From positions 177,707-241,706 of IMG/VR virus record IMGVR_UViG_3300036762_000065: a stretch of 64,000 bases of DNA. One strand, written 5' to 3'. This DNA is from a virus (Duplodnaviria; Caudoviricetes). Shown in pieces: positions 28,729-38,195 of the stretch; position 1 is the stretch's first letter, and every line of letters starts with the position of its first letter. Below the pieces are notes generated by a model that made no database searches, had not been told where the DNA came from, and was given only the letters and a program-made list of their open reading frames with translations. Made by a program: the position numbers and the translations under genes.

Positions 28729-30129
28729 TTATTCTAAGGCATATGCGTGGTCGGACTCTCCATCATCCTCATCTGTCTTGAGTGCAGAGCTGGATTTATT
28801 TATATGTATTACATTATTACCGAGTTCATCCTCTTCAGACCCTTCATAGTCATCGGACTCTTCAGAACTGACATTTTCAACGCGCATTATATCGAAACGT
28901 TCTCCAAGCTCAAAAGGAAACAATTCACCGTCACGGCATTTATCTTGTTTTACTGGAAGTATACGCAACTCTCGCTGTTCTTCCTTACTGTAGTTCCATC
29001 TCCACATAACATCGCAGTGTTCTTTAACGCCTCTGGAGTATCTGAGTTTGTCGGTATCATCATCTAATTGGCAAAGCAGAATAACAAGACAACTGTTATT
29101 TCTGCTGTACACTTTAGCTTGTCGAGCAATACCACTAAGCATCATCCATTGATTATCAACATCAACACCTTCGAACAGGCTTATGTAATCTACACCTACT
29201 ATATCAAACTGAAACGGTTTTATCCAACGCATAGCCTCGTCAAATTTCATAGGACGCTTCGGACTCCAACTGCAATAACTACAATCGTTCTCTTGTCCGA
29301 ATTTGATGAATTCAGCATGTGCTTTCTTAATGCGTTTTTTATCTACCATGGTAAGTTTATTGTGCTTAAACTTCCATAGAGGAACACCTGAAAGATTTGA
29401 AAGCAAGCGAGTTGTTTCTTGCCTGTCTCCCATTTCTAAACTAAGGCGTAAAACTTTCATTTTACATAACCTGTATATATTAATAAGCAGGTTCATAAGT
29501 ACAGCACTCTTACCTCCGGAAGTAGTTGCTGCTATTATCATTACACCTTCTTTAGGCAGTCCTCCAGCTTTGTTATCAAACTCAGTAAACCCTGTCTTAA
29601 GCAGAACCTCTGCAACAGAGTTTAATACCTCATCGACAATCTCATAGGAGTTGTCATTTTGTCCGAAAGATATTACTTTTTCATCGGCGTAAGTGTCAGA
29701 ATTGGCGCTAACGATTTGGGCAGTTATTTTATTTAACAACTGTTCAACATCCACATTACCTGAGTCTAACGCATCTATAGCATCGTTGGAAGTTTCATAA
29801 ATTATACGAATCTTCCTGTACTCATTTAAGCGTTCGAATAGTAGCTTCAAACTCTTTTTATTACCGCACGATTTTACATCAGAGTCTCGCAACACATCTC
29901 TAAAGTCTTCCTCCAAAGCAGGGTCTTCTAACAGGTCGTCATAATCTATAAGCTCGGTTCGCTTCTTAGCTATTACGCTTATCCTGTTAAAAGAGGCACT
30001 ACACGGGGGAAATCTGAAATGTGATTTATCAAGTTTCCCCAGCAACGTACTACGCACTGCTTCTGGAATTTTAGAATTAGTTAATGTTTTTATGCAGCGT
30101 ATCTCTGTTTCCTGAGAATACAGAAGCAT
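28729..30129 (-). CDS. DnaB-like replicative helicase
   Basis: LKTGFTEFDNKAGGL, IIAATTSGGKS, SLEM, VDYISL, LCQL, KCRDG. Confidence 0.88.
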   Translation of the reverse strand: MLLYSQETEIRCIKTLTNSKIPEAVRSTLLGKLDKSHFRFPPCSASFNRISVIAKKRTELIDYDDLLEDPALEEDFRDVLRDSDVKSCGNKKSLKLLFERLNEYRKIRIIYETSNDAIDALDSGNVDVEQLLNKITAQIVSANSDTYADEKVISFGQNDNSYEIVDEVLNSVAEVLLKTGFTEFDNKAGGLPKEGVMIIAATTSGGKSAVLMNLLINIYRLCKMKVLRLSLEMGDRQETTRLLSNLSGVPLWKFKHNKLTMVDKKRIKKAHAEFIKFGQENDCSYCSWSPKRPMKFDEAMRWIKPFQFDIVGVDYISLFEGVDVDNQWMMLSGIARQAKVYSRNNSCLVILLCQLDDDTDKLRYSRGVKEHCDVMWRWNYSKEEQRELRILPVKQDKCRDGELFPFELGERFDIMRVENVSSEESDDYEGSEEDELGNNVIHINKSSSALKTDEDDGESDHAYALE

Positions 30130-30131
30130 CG

Positions 30132-30521
30132 TTATGACCTCAAGGAGAGCTTAGTAGTTTCTAAGTCTGTAGGTAAATCACTTATCCATACTTTCCAAAA
30201 TTCCGTCCCGGAAGCCTTACTTCTTAAGTGGACAGGCTTTTTGTGTTTAAACTTCTCAACTTCAAAACGCGACACTGATCCAAATATATTTGGATTTGTT
30301 AATAACGCAACCGCGCTGTCTATGTCAGAATCATCGAACCCGAAGAGTGAGTTTAACCTTCGCTTTAAATTGTTTAAAGTTATTCCACTATCTGATCGGA
30401 TTGTAGAGTAGACTGTATTTATAACGGTCTTTTTATAGTCGTTCGTACTAGGTAGTCTAAACACACTATATATTACCTTTTCCATTTCCGCAGGATTAAG
30501 CTGCATGGTTACACCTCTCAA
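30132..30521 (-). CDS. Hypothetical protein (likely start MQLNP at 30506)
   Basis: GAGAGG SD before internal ATG. Confidence 0.65.
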   Translation of the reverse strand: MRGVTMQLNPAEMEKVIYSVFRLPSTNDYKKTVINTVYSTIRSDSGITLNNLKRRLNSLFGFDDSDIDSAVALLTNPNIFGSVSRFEVEKFKHKKPVHLRSKASGTEFWKVWISDLPTDLETTKLSLRS

Positions 30522-31695
30522 TTTTTTCAGGAAAAGAAGTTTCCCCTATATAATTTAAAAACCTTGAAGCTCTTTTTGTACACAAGTTTAAATAAGCACA
30601 AGTTTGTTTAAAGTAAATTCTACCTGCCACCTTGTTGTAGTGATCATTATTGTCTTTGTCTTCAGGCAACGCACAGTGTTTGTGCAAATAATCAGTGAAT
30701 CCGTTATGCTCTATTCCAGAAATAATAAGTATAAAGTCTCTGCGCCTCTTAGTTGTGCCGTGATACTTTAAGATGCTGCGGAAGTTCAACTTATGTTCTT
30801 GGTATTCTATGGAATCTCGTTTTGTTTCTGAGTTCTGAAGCGAGTCGTAACTAATGTTGCCGTCACTGTCTTTATTTACACTCATTTGATTTTCAGAAGT
30901 TACAACAAGATCGTAACTATTGCCTCCATATCCGTCTTTCTTTCCTTTAACCAATCTACCTCTTTTCTGAGTAGTGTAGCTCTTTATTATATTGTTTGTG
31001 TGGTTTGTGATGGCTCGTTTAACGTAGTTTTGTACGTACAAAGGATCACGGATAGTAGGCATCAGTTTATTGAATGTCGTTATTGCTTTACAAACAAGGT
31101 CACTGTGGAAGTCACTATCTACCAAGTTATTACTAAACGTGATAAATCGAAGCTTCTTGTTTGTTATCCCCTTTATATGCCACAAAACATTTGGGTATAT
31201 CTCATCAAACAGTTTGTACATAGAACAATAGGCTTCATAACTAACATTGTTTTTATTTAAGTTTAGTATACGCTCCGACTTCCTCACACGAGTTCTAAAC
31301 CCTGTAATACTAAACACTCTCTTCAGCAACACAACATCATTACGGTCCATTTCAAAGTCGGAGGCAAATTTACTAATATTTGCTTGATTGAAAGGATACA
31401 AAGCAAGCGTAAAACTAAAGTATTTTAATTTCAGGCTTAAGTAGCTTGTTTCCAGTAATTTCAGGCGAAAAGTTTTTGCACTATCTTCTAGTTGACTAAA
31501 ATCAACTTTAGCTTTAAGTGAGTGCTGTAACGCATATGCTCCTTTATCTCCGTTAACTCCGGTTAAATATAGGACTACATCGGACGCAACATCTACAAGA
31601 ACAGGATCATTTAATTTTAAATTTAAGTCATTCACCAGCAAATCGCATAGTGATCTTGATTTCAACATCGTAAAGGCTCCTTGAAAATTAAACAT
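30496..31695 (-). CDS. Divergent sigma-70-like factor (putative)
   Basis: SDFHSDLVCKAITTF...NYVKRAITNHTNNIIKSYTTQKR resembles sigma region 2. Confidence 0.4.
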   Translation of the reverse strand: MFNFQGAFTMLKSRSLCDLLVNDLNLKLNDPVLVDVASDVVLYLTGVNGDKGAYALQHSLKAKVDFSQLEDSAKTFRLKLLETSYLSLKLKYFSFTLALYPFNQANISKFASDFEMDRNDVVLLKRVFSITGFRTRVRKSERILNLNKNNVSYEAYCSMYKLFDEIYPNVLWHIKGITNKKLRFITFSNNLVDSDFHSDLVCKAITTFNKLMPTIRDPLYVQNYVKRAITNHTNNIIKSYTTQKRGRLVKGKKDGYGGNSYDLVVTSENQMSVNKDSDGNISYDSLQNSETKRDSIEYQEHKLNFRSILKYHGTTKRRRDFILIISGIEHNGFTDYLHKHCALPEDKDNNDHYNKVAGRIYFKQTCAYLNLCTKRASRFLNYIGETSFPEKIERCNHAA

Positions 31696-32539
31696 CTATC
31701 TCGATAACTTCACGATTAGTACTGCGCCTGTTATTGCTACGGCGTCTAGTGTTTAATGTTCTTCTGTCGCCGCTGTCGTCTGTATACGTTTCAGATACAT
31801 CCTTAGCCTTGAATCCTTTTTCAATGTTGGCAACTATTGTAGTCAGATCATTCAAGCTGCCTTTACGGGGTAGTTTGTTTTCTTTGAACACGGTATCAAT
31901 AGTCGTTATTAAGCCTCGCTTAGACTCGTTAGTTATACCGAGTTCGTAGTCTTCTTCTGCTCTAAGTTTTCTGCTTAATGTGCGAGATACATCAGGGTCG
32001 CATAGCCTGCCTTTATCTAACATTGAGGCCCTTAGTTCTTTAAACTCCACTCTTGACATTATATGCGGAGCACATCCTGCGTTAAACGTAAGTACACACT
32101 TACCGTCAACACTCATAAGCTTATAAACCTTACTGTCTACAAACATTATGCGAGCTTCCATGAAATTACTCAAGTAATTTGAACTAGCAAGACCTCTATA
32201 TCTAACATAAACAACTTGACCAATTTTGTAACCTGCCTGTCTCGTCCTGTCCTCTCGCATTATCATAGCACCGAGTGCTCGTAAACTACTATCTGGTAAT
32301 GTATCAACAACTTTGGCTAAAGCTACAAACCCGCCGTCTGTAGCTATCAAGTCCTTTAAGTTGTTTACATCGGGTTGAAAACTTGAACATATCTTTGACG
32401 TTTCAACAGTTCCGACTTCCGAGCATGTGGTTTTACTGCTCTTTAATCGTTCTGTACAGAATCCTACACAATCACCACAAACTGGCTTTAGTGATTTTAG
32501 TGTCTTGCGATTCTTTTGACGCTCTCTTGTCGTTTCCAT
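31688..32539 (-). CDS. Hypothetical protein with N-terminal Cys cluster
   Basis: CGDC...C...C pattern; 283 aa. Confidence 0.7.
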   Translation of the reverse strand: METTRERQKNRKTLKSLKPVCGDCVGFCTERLKSSKTTCSEVGTVETSKICSSFQPDVNNLKDLIATDGGFVALAKVVDTLPDSSLRALGAMIMREDRTRQAGYKIGQVVYVRYRGLASSNYLSNFMEARIMFVDSKVYKLMSVDGKCVLTFNAGCAPHIMSRVEFKELRASMLDKGRLCDPDVSRTLSRKLRAEEDYELGITNESKRGLITTIDTVFKENKLPRKGSLNDLTTIVANIEKGFKAKDVSETYTDDSGDRRTLNTRRRSNNRRSTNREVIEIDV

Positions 32540-32978
32540 TTTCTACACCTTTATTTTTTAGTGTGTATGCTATACAATATTTTAATGCAGTCTCAAGATT
32601 GCCTAGCGCATTATCAATCTTGATCAACTGCAAACCCCTATGCAGGTTTACATCAAGCTTAGCCATAACTTTTATCTCTTTATCTTCCGGTGCGATTGGA
32701 GGAGAAAGAATAGAGCCGACTAATATCTCAATATAAACTTTGGAATTATTTTCTTCTAAAGAAGTTTTCCAAAAAATCCTTTTTATTTTTCTTCCTGTAC
32801 GAATTTTAGCAACAATAGCCTCTGCGTGTGCATGAAGCGTATCGTGACAAGTAGGGCACAAAGGTATTTGAAGGCTAGACTCACCGCCTAACGCAACAGG
32901 TACTGTATGATGCCAGTTCAAGGCATTACAATAGACGGTACAAATAACACAGTATCCTGACTTGGGTTTATCAGACAT
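32472..32978 (-). CDS. HNH endonuclease-like protein
   Basis: CVIC...WHHTVPVALGG...LCPTCHDTLH; start reassigned to ATG 32978 (TAATG overlap with upstream stop). Confidence 0.75.
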   Translation of the reverse strand: MSDKPKSGYCVICTVYCNALNWHHTVPVALGGESSLQIPLCPTCHDTLHAHAEAIVAKIRTGRKIKRIFWKTSLEENNSKVYIEILVGSILSPPIAPEDKEIKVMAKLDVNLHRGLQLIKIDNALGNLETALKYCIAYTLKNKGVENGNDKRASKESQDTKITKASLW

Positions 32979-34270
32979 TATAGCACTTGAACCTTTTCGG
33001 ATTTCCAAGGAAAGTTCCATGTACCCTTAGTGTTAGATGAGCCTCGAATATATGCTTTATATTGGGAAGTCGGCATTAACCAAGCCAATCTTATATTTGG
33101 ATTTAATGGGTTTATAGCATAATGATCAGAAACAACCGTGTATTTAACAGAACTACTGGCATTCAATAATTCCATAAACTCCAACAGAAAGTTCTGAATC
33201 TGCTCTATGTCGTTTATAGCCTGCTTTCTTGAAGGCAATGTGCTACCAGAAAGCTTCCTAGTTTCTAGTGCTTGTATTTTTATCTTTATTTCACTTATAG
33301 CCTCTAAATACTCCTTGATAGCAGAAGTGTTCCTTGTTTTCGGATCGCGGGCAACTCGCAGCATATCCTTATAGTCTTCGAGTTGATTTTTAAGGGTGTT
33401 TAAACCACGTTCTTTGTTTGAAGTTTTACGTTCAATATCATGCACCAAAGAAGTACGTTTCTTGTTTGTAGAAGCAAAGTTTATATCAAAGGCTAACACG
33501 GTCTGATCTAACAAAATAGGTATGTCGTCTTCATAGCCTACGTTCTTAGTTACGCCGTTGCGCATACGAGACAGTCTGTGACCTGTAGCAAAACTGGCCA
33601 TTTTTATGCCGGACTTTCGTATGTGTGCGGAAGAGTTTAGTATAGGGGATTGGAAGTTTACAACTATAGGTACTCGAATTAGTTGAAACGCCTTACCTTT
33701 TAGGGAGTTTGGTAGTTTAGATTTTTGACGCTCTAAACTTGATAGGAGTTTTGCAGTTTCTTTGTCTTCTTTTGAAGTATCAACTTTTTCTTCGGCGTCT
33801 GCTTCATCGGATTCTTCTTTCACATTAGTAAGTTGCTGTATTGCAGCTTTGAACCCGTGTTCTTTAGAAGTCTTCTTTATGGCTTCGTTGGAAACGTCCG
33901 TAACTACTTCCTGCTCTTGCGAAAGAGAATTACGGAATAGTTTTAACCAGTTGTAGTTGCTTACTAAAGATGTTGCTACTGTTTTTCTATAATCAGAAAA
34001 CTTTAGCAGGTCTTGCTCTAACCCGTTTATAATCCCATTTAGAGATATTAGGGTTTTAGAAATTGCATGTTTTGCTGGACGTAGTCCTGGAGTTTGTTGT
34101 ACGAGGGTTAAAACATTTTCGTTTAGATAGGTTTCTAAACTTTTAACTTCGGATAGGATTTCAGATTTTCTTTTCAACTTTCTTTCTTTGACCGAACTTA
34201 GGTAATCTCTCATACGAGTTAACATTTCATCGTAATCAGAAAGCCGTCGGCCGCTAATGGCAGTAGTCAT
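32978..34270 (-). CDS. Hypothetical coiled-coil protein
   Basis: 430-aa ORF with AAGGA SD. Confidence 0.75.
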   Translation of the reverse strand: MTTAISGRRLSDYDEMLTRMRDYLSSVKERKLKRKSEILSEVKSLETYLNENVLTLVQQTPGLRPAKHAISKTLISLNGIINGLEQDLLKFSDYRKTVATSLVSNYNWLKLFRNSLSQEQEVVTDVSNEAIKKTSKEHGFKAAIQQLTNVKEESDEADAEEKVDTSKEDKETAKLLSSLERQKSKLPNSLKGKAFQLIRVPIVVNFQSPILNSSAHIRKSGIKMASFATGHRLSRMRNGVTKNVGYEDDIPILLDQTVLAFDINFASTNKKRTSLVHDIERKTSNKERGLNTLKNQLEDYKDMLRVARDPKTRNTSAIKEYLEAISEIKIKIQALETRKLSGSTLPSRKQAINDIEQIQNFLLEFMELLNASSSVKYTVVSDHYAINPLNPNIRLAWLMPTSQYKAYIRGSSNTKGTWNFPWKSEKVQVL

Positions 34271-34419
34271 TTTAAGTCCTTGTGATACAATCGTGTGGTT
34301 GATTATATAGGTGACGCTTGACTAAATTATTATATTAATCAGCGTAGGTAATGCAAAATAGGACTTCATGTTAACAAGTGTTTATCATAATACACCTCGC
34401 TAAACGTTTATTATTATAT

Positions 34420-34471
34420 GGCGAACGTTACTTAACACCGTAACCGGCGAACGTTACTTAACGCCGTTACC
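34420..34471 (-). repeat. Conserved leader hairpin, copy D (twin TAAGTAAC)
   Basis: GTAACGGCG-TTAAGTAACGTT-CGCCGGTTAC followed by a second TTAAGTAACGTTCGCC. Confidence 0.7.
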
Positions 34472-34532
34472 ACTTTTCATCGTGCTCTAGTTCTTTGATC
34501 GAGTATATCAAATTATAATAAAAATAGCAAAT

Positions 34533-34561
34533 ATTTTATTACGTCTTAGACGTAATAAAAT
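34533..34561 (-). terminator. Hairpin immediately 3' of the tRNA
   Basis: 13-bp perfect stem ATTTTATTACGTC/GACGTAATAAAAT. Confidence 0.6.
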
Positions 34562-34566
34562 TATTA

Positions 34567-34644
34567 TGGTGCCCCTCGGCGGACTTGAACCGACGACCTA
34601 CCGATTATGGGTCAGGTGCTCTAACAAACTGAGCTAAAGGGGGC
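34567..34644 (-). tRNA. tRNA with CAT anticodon (Ile2/Met-like), non-canonical
   Basis: GCCCCCTTTAGCTCAG...GAGC, CCCATAA loop, GGTTCAAGTCC T-arm, encoded ACCA end. Confidence 0.8.
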
Positions 34645-34658
34645 TAATTACAATAAGA

Positions 34659-34690
34659 GGAGGACACTTTATACAAACAAAGTGTCCTCC
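34659..34690 (-). terminator. Hairpin between the large structured RNA and the tRNA
   Basis: 12-bp stem GGAGGACACTTT/AAAGTGTCCTCC. Confidence 0.6.
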
Positions 34691-34694
34691 AATG

Positions 34695-35030
34695 TAGTTA
34701 CTGTATTTTTATAGAAGGTCTTGTCTACCACAAAGTTCCATCTTCTCGGCATATGGGAGCAAGAGGCGACAACGAAGAGGACTCCAATACACCAGTTTTG
34801 ACAAAAACACCTCTTCGTCGTGTTCTTAAATTAGATCCCCAACCCTGAGAGTACTCCCCAAATCGTTTTGACGTAACTTAAGTGGCTGCATCATAGCACA
34901 CTTGTAATATCAAATCATATCCGGGCACAGGGCCAGTTCCTCTTATTTAACGTAGGTTTTCTCGCTTTCGAATAAGCAACCTTACGATTTATAGTAGAGG
35001 CGACACTATAAATTCTTTTACAGGTAACTA
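34695..35030 (-). ncRNA. Candidate large structured ncRNA (~335 nt)
   Basis: Terminal stem TAGTTAC(C)TGTA/TACAGTAACTA enclosing at least five helices; no credible ORF. Confidence 0.55.
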
Positions 35031-35086
35031 AAGTCCTATTCGTTGAATCTTATATTCACACTTTTTAATCCGGTAAATCAACAAGG

Positions 35087-36607
35087 TTATTCATCATCAC
35101 CACCTTCTTCAACGTTCAACTTAGTCTTAGCGCCTTGTGCTTTAATCATAGCTTTATACAACTCAAGACCTTTACCTGAAGCCATCTGCCTGCGCACAAA
35201 AGTACGCAACAGTACCGGCTTAGGAAGTTTGTAGTCTATACACATATCTTTGATTAAATCCTTATCACCTTCGACAAGGGTTTTAAATTCTAACCAAGAC
35301 ATGGATATGCCTGCAAAAGGATTATCAAAAGAATAATGTTCTGTCTTTACTTCCCCAGTAAGTCTATCAATAAGTTCTAGTGACATACCTTCTAGGAATT
35401 TGATTTTCTTCCGGTTGCCTCCGATTTGACCTGTAGACTTCAAATACTGATAAGTGTCCCAAGTTTGACAGAACCCTGTTGCGTTACCTTCTGCGTTCTG
35501 CACAACAAGTCGCAACATTGTTTCAGAGCTAGGTCTACCGCCCAACTTGTTTTTAAATGTACGCACTTTTATGTAACGATAAACATCAACACCATCAACA
35601 CGCACAGAAGGTTCTTCTTCTACACTACCTTTCCCTTGCACACCGGCAGTAGATAACGAAACCGAACTTGTACGCAATCTAACGTCCGAGAAAAACTTTA
35701 GTGAGTTTCCACAAGGTTCATCTTCTGTAGGACCGTGCATTGCCATAGGTATAGCTCGCATCTGATTTATCCCTAGAACTACAACTCTCTTCGGACGCAT
35801 CTGACTCTTTACACGTTTGAGTCCGTCAGCAAACATACGCGCTTGACTGCCTAAAGATTTATCGCCTTCTTCTTTATCTTCTGTTTGTTTTGGCAGCATA
35901 GCAGGATAAGAATCGACTAAGATTATAGCTTGAATAGAGCCGTCTTTGGCAGGTACTCGCAACTTGTTTGCTTTCGTCAAATACTTAACATCGTAAAGAC
36001 CTTTAAGCATTTTCTTGTTCGGCACTGTGTGGTCGTAAACATAATACCAATTTTTTCCTATACGAACTTTGTCTGGTAATTCTTTTTCAAGCTTTGCTAA
36101 GTAGTTGAAAAAAGACTCTCCGTTACTTGGAGCGTAGTATCTAACTCTAGGAGGTATCAACCACTCGCCGTTATCTTCGTCTTTGACTCCGAACACATTG
36201 TCGATCTTTTGCTTGACACCCATGCTGTGCATGATGTTTTCAATATAATCTCCTTGGGTAGAACCTTCGTAGTCAAAATACGCTGCAGGTCCTAAGAATT
36301 TAGCCATAGACATTATACTGGCCAAAACTGTCATTGCTGTTGTAGACTTACAGGACTGCTCACCGCCTGCGAAAGTATACCAACCGCCTCCGAGCAGTCC
36401 TCCATTCAACATTAAATCAAGCCTAAGCAGTCCGGTACTGAATCTAGGCTCGTCTTTGTCTATAGACATTGCATTTACAGAGAACTTTTTTTCCATACTA
36501 TCGAGCGTGGAGTCCATTAAAGCGTAAGGATTGAAATCAGGTATAACTGCAGGTGTATCAGAATCGACAACACGTTTTCGCCTAGTAGTTCTTGTTGCTG
36601 TGACCAT
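35087..36607 (-). CDS. recA: RecA/UvsX-like recombinase
   Basis: STGLLRLDLMLNGGL, GGEQSCKST, YFDYEG, ILVDSY, LGSQARM, INQMR, GNSLKFFSDVRL. Confidence 0.88.
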   Translation of the reverse strand: MVTATRTTRRKRVVDSDTPAVIPDFNPYALMDSTLDSMEKKFSVNAMSIDKDEPRFSTGLLRLDLMLNGGLLGGGWYTFAGGEQSCKSTTAMTVLASIMSMAKFLGPAAYFDYEGSTQGDYIENIMHSMGVKQKIDNVFGVKDEDNGEWLIPPRVRYYAPSNGESFFNYLAKLEKELPDKVRIGKNWYYVYDHTVPNKKMLKGLYDVKYLTKANKLRVPAKDGSIQAIILVDSYPAMLPKQTEDKEEGDKSLGSQARMFADGLKRVKSQMRPKRVVVLGINQMRAIPMAMHGPTEDEPCGNSLKFFSDVRLRTSSVSLSTAGVQGKGSVEEEPSVRVDGVDVYRYIKVRTFKNKLGGRPSSETMLRLVVQNAEGNATGFCQTWDTYQYLKSTGQIGGNRKKIKFLEGMSLELIDRLTGEVKTEHYSFDNPFAGISMSWLEFKTLVEGDKDLIKDMCIDYKLPKPVLLRTFVRRQMASGKGLELYKAMIKAQGAKTKLNVEEGGDDE

Positions 36608-36624
36608 AAGAATTCCTCAAGAAT

Positions 36625-36648
36625 AAGAGGGTTGAAATCAACCCTCTT
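36625..36648 (-). terminator. Intrinsic terminator
   Basis: AAGAGGGTTGA/TCAACCCTCTT stem after the SSB gene. Confidence 0.7.
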
Positions 36649-36668
36649 TAGTTTAAGACTGCGGCTAT

Positions 36669-38162
36669 TTACTCATCATCCCAGTCATCATCCTCGTCTT
36701 CATCGTCATCGTCTTCTACCGGACGCCTTGATTTCTTGGCAACAGGTTTCTTGCGAGAACGCGGAGGTTCATCATCCTCGTCTTCCTCATCATCCTCATC
36801 GTCATCGTCCCATTTTGATGATTTCTTGGCAACAGGTTTCTTGCGAGAACTCCTAGACAGCTTAATATCTGCAATATCATCGTCATCATCCTCGTCTTCA
36901 TCATCATCCTCATCCTCATCGTCCCATTTTGATGATTTCTTGGCAACAGGTTTCTTGCGAGAACGTGGAGGTTCATCATCCTCGTCTTCATCATCCTCAT
37001 CGTCATCGTCCTCATCCCATTTTGATGATTTCTTAGCGATATGTTTCTTGCGAGAACGTGGAGGTTCATCATCCTCGTCTTCATCATCCTCATCGTCATC
37101 TTCTACCGGACGCCTTGATTTCTTGGCAACAGGTTTCTTGCGAGAACGTGGAGGTTCATCATCCTCGTCTTCATCATCCTCATCGTCATCGTCCTCATCC
37201 CATTTTGATGATTTCTTAGCGGCAGGTCTCTTGCGAGAACGTGGAGGTTCATCATCCTCGTCTTCATCATCCTCATCGTCATCTTCTACCGAACGCCTTG
37301 ATTTCTTAGCGACAGGTTTCTTCTTGCGAGAACGGTTAGACAGATCAATATCATCATCGTCTTCATCGTCATCGTCAGAATCAATCTCCTCGCCTCCAAC
37401 TATTTCCATACGTTTGAAATCTTCTTCGGCTTGTTTAGGGCTTAATCGGCCGGCCTGGTCGAGTAATTCTGACGGTAACTGCCAAGTCAAGTACTCTCGC
37501 TCCTCTTCTGTTATAGGAGTCCTACCGTCTTCTGCTTTGTCTGCACTGTACTTGTCACTGCCGCTGCCTTTAGGCTTAAACTTAATGTTTATATCAATGC
37601 CAAATTTCGGGTGTGATATATCAAAAGCTTTTTTAGCGCCTGTTTTGTTTTTAACTATATTATTCTCACCAAGCTCTTGCATACGAGCTGCAACAGTAGG
37701 TGGTATACGTAAAACTCTAACAGGTGTCCATGACTTAGAACGTATGTCTTTAAAACCTGTCTCTTGTTCTGTTTTCGTTGGACGTGCTTTTTTAGCAGGC
37801 TCTTCTTCTTGAAGTTCGCGTATGATTGCATTAACAAGATAGAAGTTTTCGTAGTTTGAACTACCGTGCTCTCCTGTAGACAAGTCACAGTAAGGACAAT
37901 GAACACCTGCAAGAGGTTCACTCTCATTTTGCGTGTCGAAAGCTACACAAAATCTAGGTACTCTAGTTTCTTTTTTGTCTTTGCCTGTTAATATTTTAAT
38001 CCAGTGTCTTTTTACAGCCAGAATATCCTCGTCAAGAAATCGAACCTGTAACCATTCGTCTTTGGGAAATTGATATACTTGTATAAGCTCATCCAAGCGT
38101 AAACTATCGTGTCCCCCTACTTTTGGCTTTAAGTTGCCAAAACCTTTTCTAGTTCCTGTCAT
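36669..38162 (-). CDS. gp32-like single-stranded DNA-binding protein with very long block-charged tail
   Basis: VRFL...HWI...FC...CPYC Zn motif, DISHPKFGIDI; next to RecA; tail alternates RSRKKPVAKKS and poly-D/E. Confidence 0.7.
   Translation of the reverse strand: MTGTRKGFGNLKPKVGGHDSLRLDELIQVYQFPKDEWLQVRFLDEDILAVKRHWIKILTGKDKKETRVPRFCVAFDTQNESEPLAGVHCPYCDLSTGEHGSSNYENFYLVNAIIRELQEEEPAKKARPTKTEQETGFKDIRSKSWTPVRVLRIPPTVAARMQELGENNIVKNKTGAKKAFDISHPKFGIDINIKFKPKGSGSDKYSADKAEDGRTPITEEEREYLTWQLPSELLDQAGRLSPKQAEEDFKRMEIVGGEEIDSDDDDEDDDDIDLSNRSRKKKPVAKKSRRSVEDDDEDDEDEDDEPPRSRKRPAAKKSSKWDEDDDDEDDEDEDDEPPRSRKKPVAKKSRRPVEDDDEDDEDEDDEPPRSRKKHIAKKSSKWDEDDDDEDDEDEDDEPPRSRKKPVAKKSSKWDDEDEDDDEDEDDDDDIADIKLSRSSRKKPVAKKSSKWDDDDEDDEEDEDDEPPRSRKKPVAKKSRRPVEDDDDEDEDDDWDDE
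36680..37330 (-). repeat. ~90-bp coding tandem repeat (about 7 units) in the SSB tail
   Basis: Repeated DDEDDEDEDDEPPRSRKKPVAKKS units. Confidence 0.9.
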
Positions 38163-38195
38163 CTATGTTCTCCAATCGTATTGTTTTTACACATA

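Noticed and set aside
34695-35030. tmRNA or RNase P identity for the large structured region
   Set aside because: No tRNA-like acceptor/T-arm ends or CCA; the YDAAT-stop frame is not a convincing tag; GAGGAAC does not extend to the RNase P P4 consensus
36736-37812. 358-aa plus-strand poly-Ser ORF and other plus-strand ORFs in the track
   Set aside because: Antisense shadows of minus-strand genes (GAT/GAA repeats read as Ser); no SD or independent motifs
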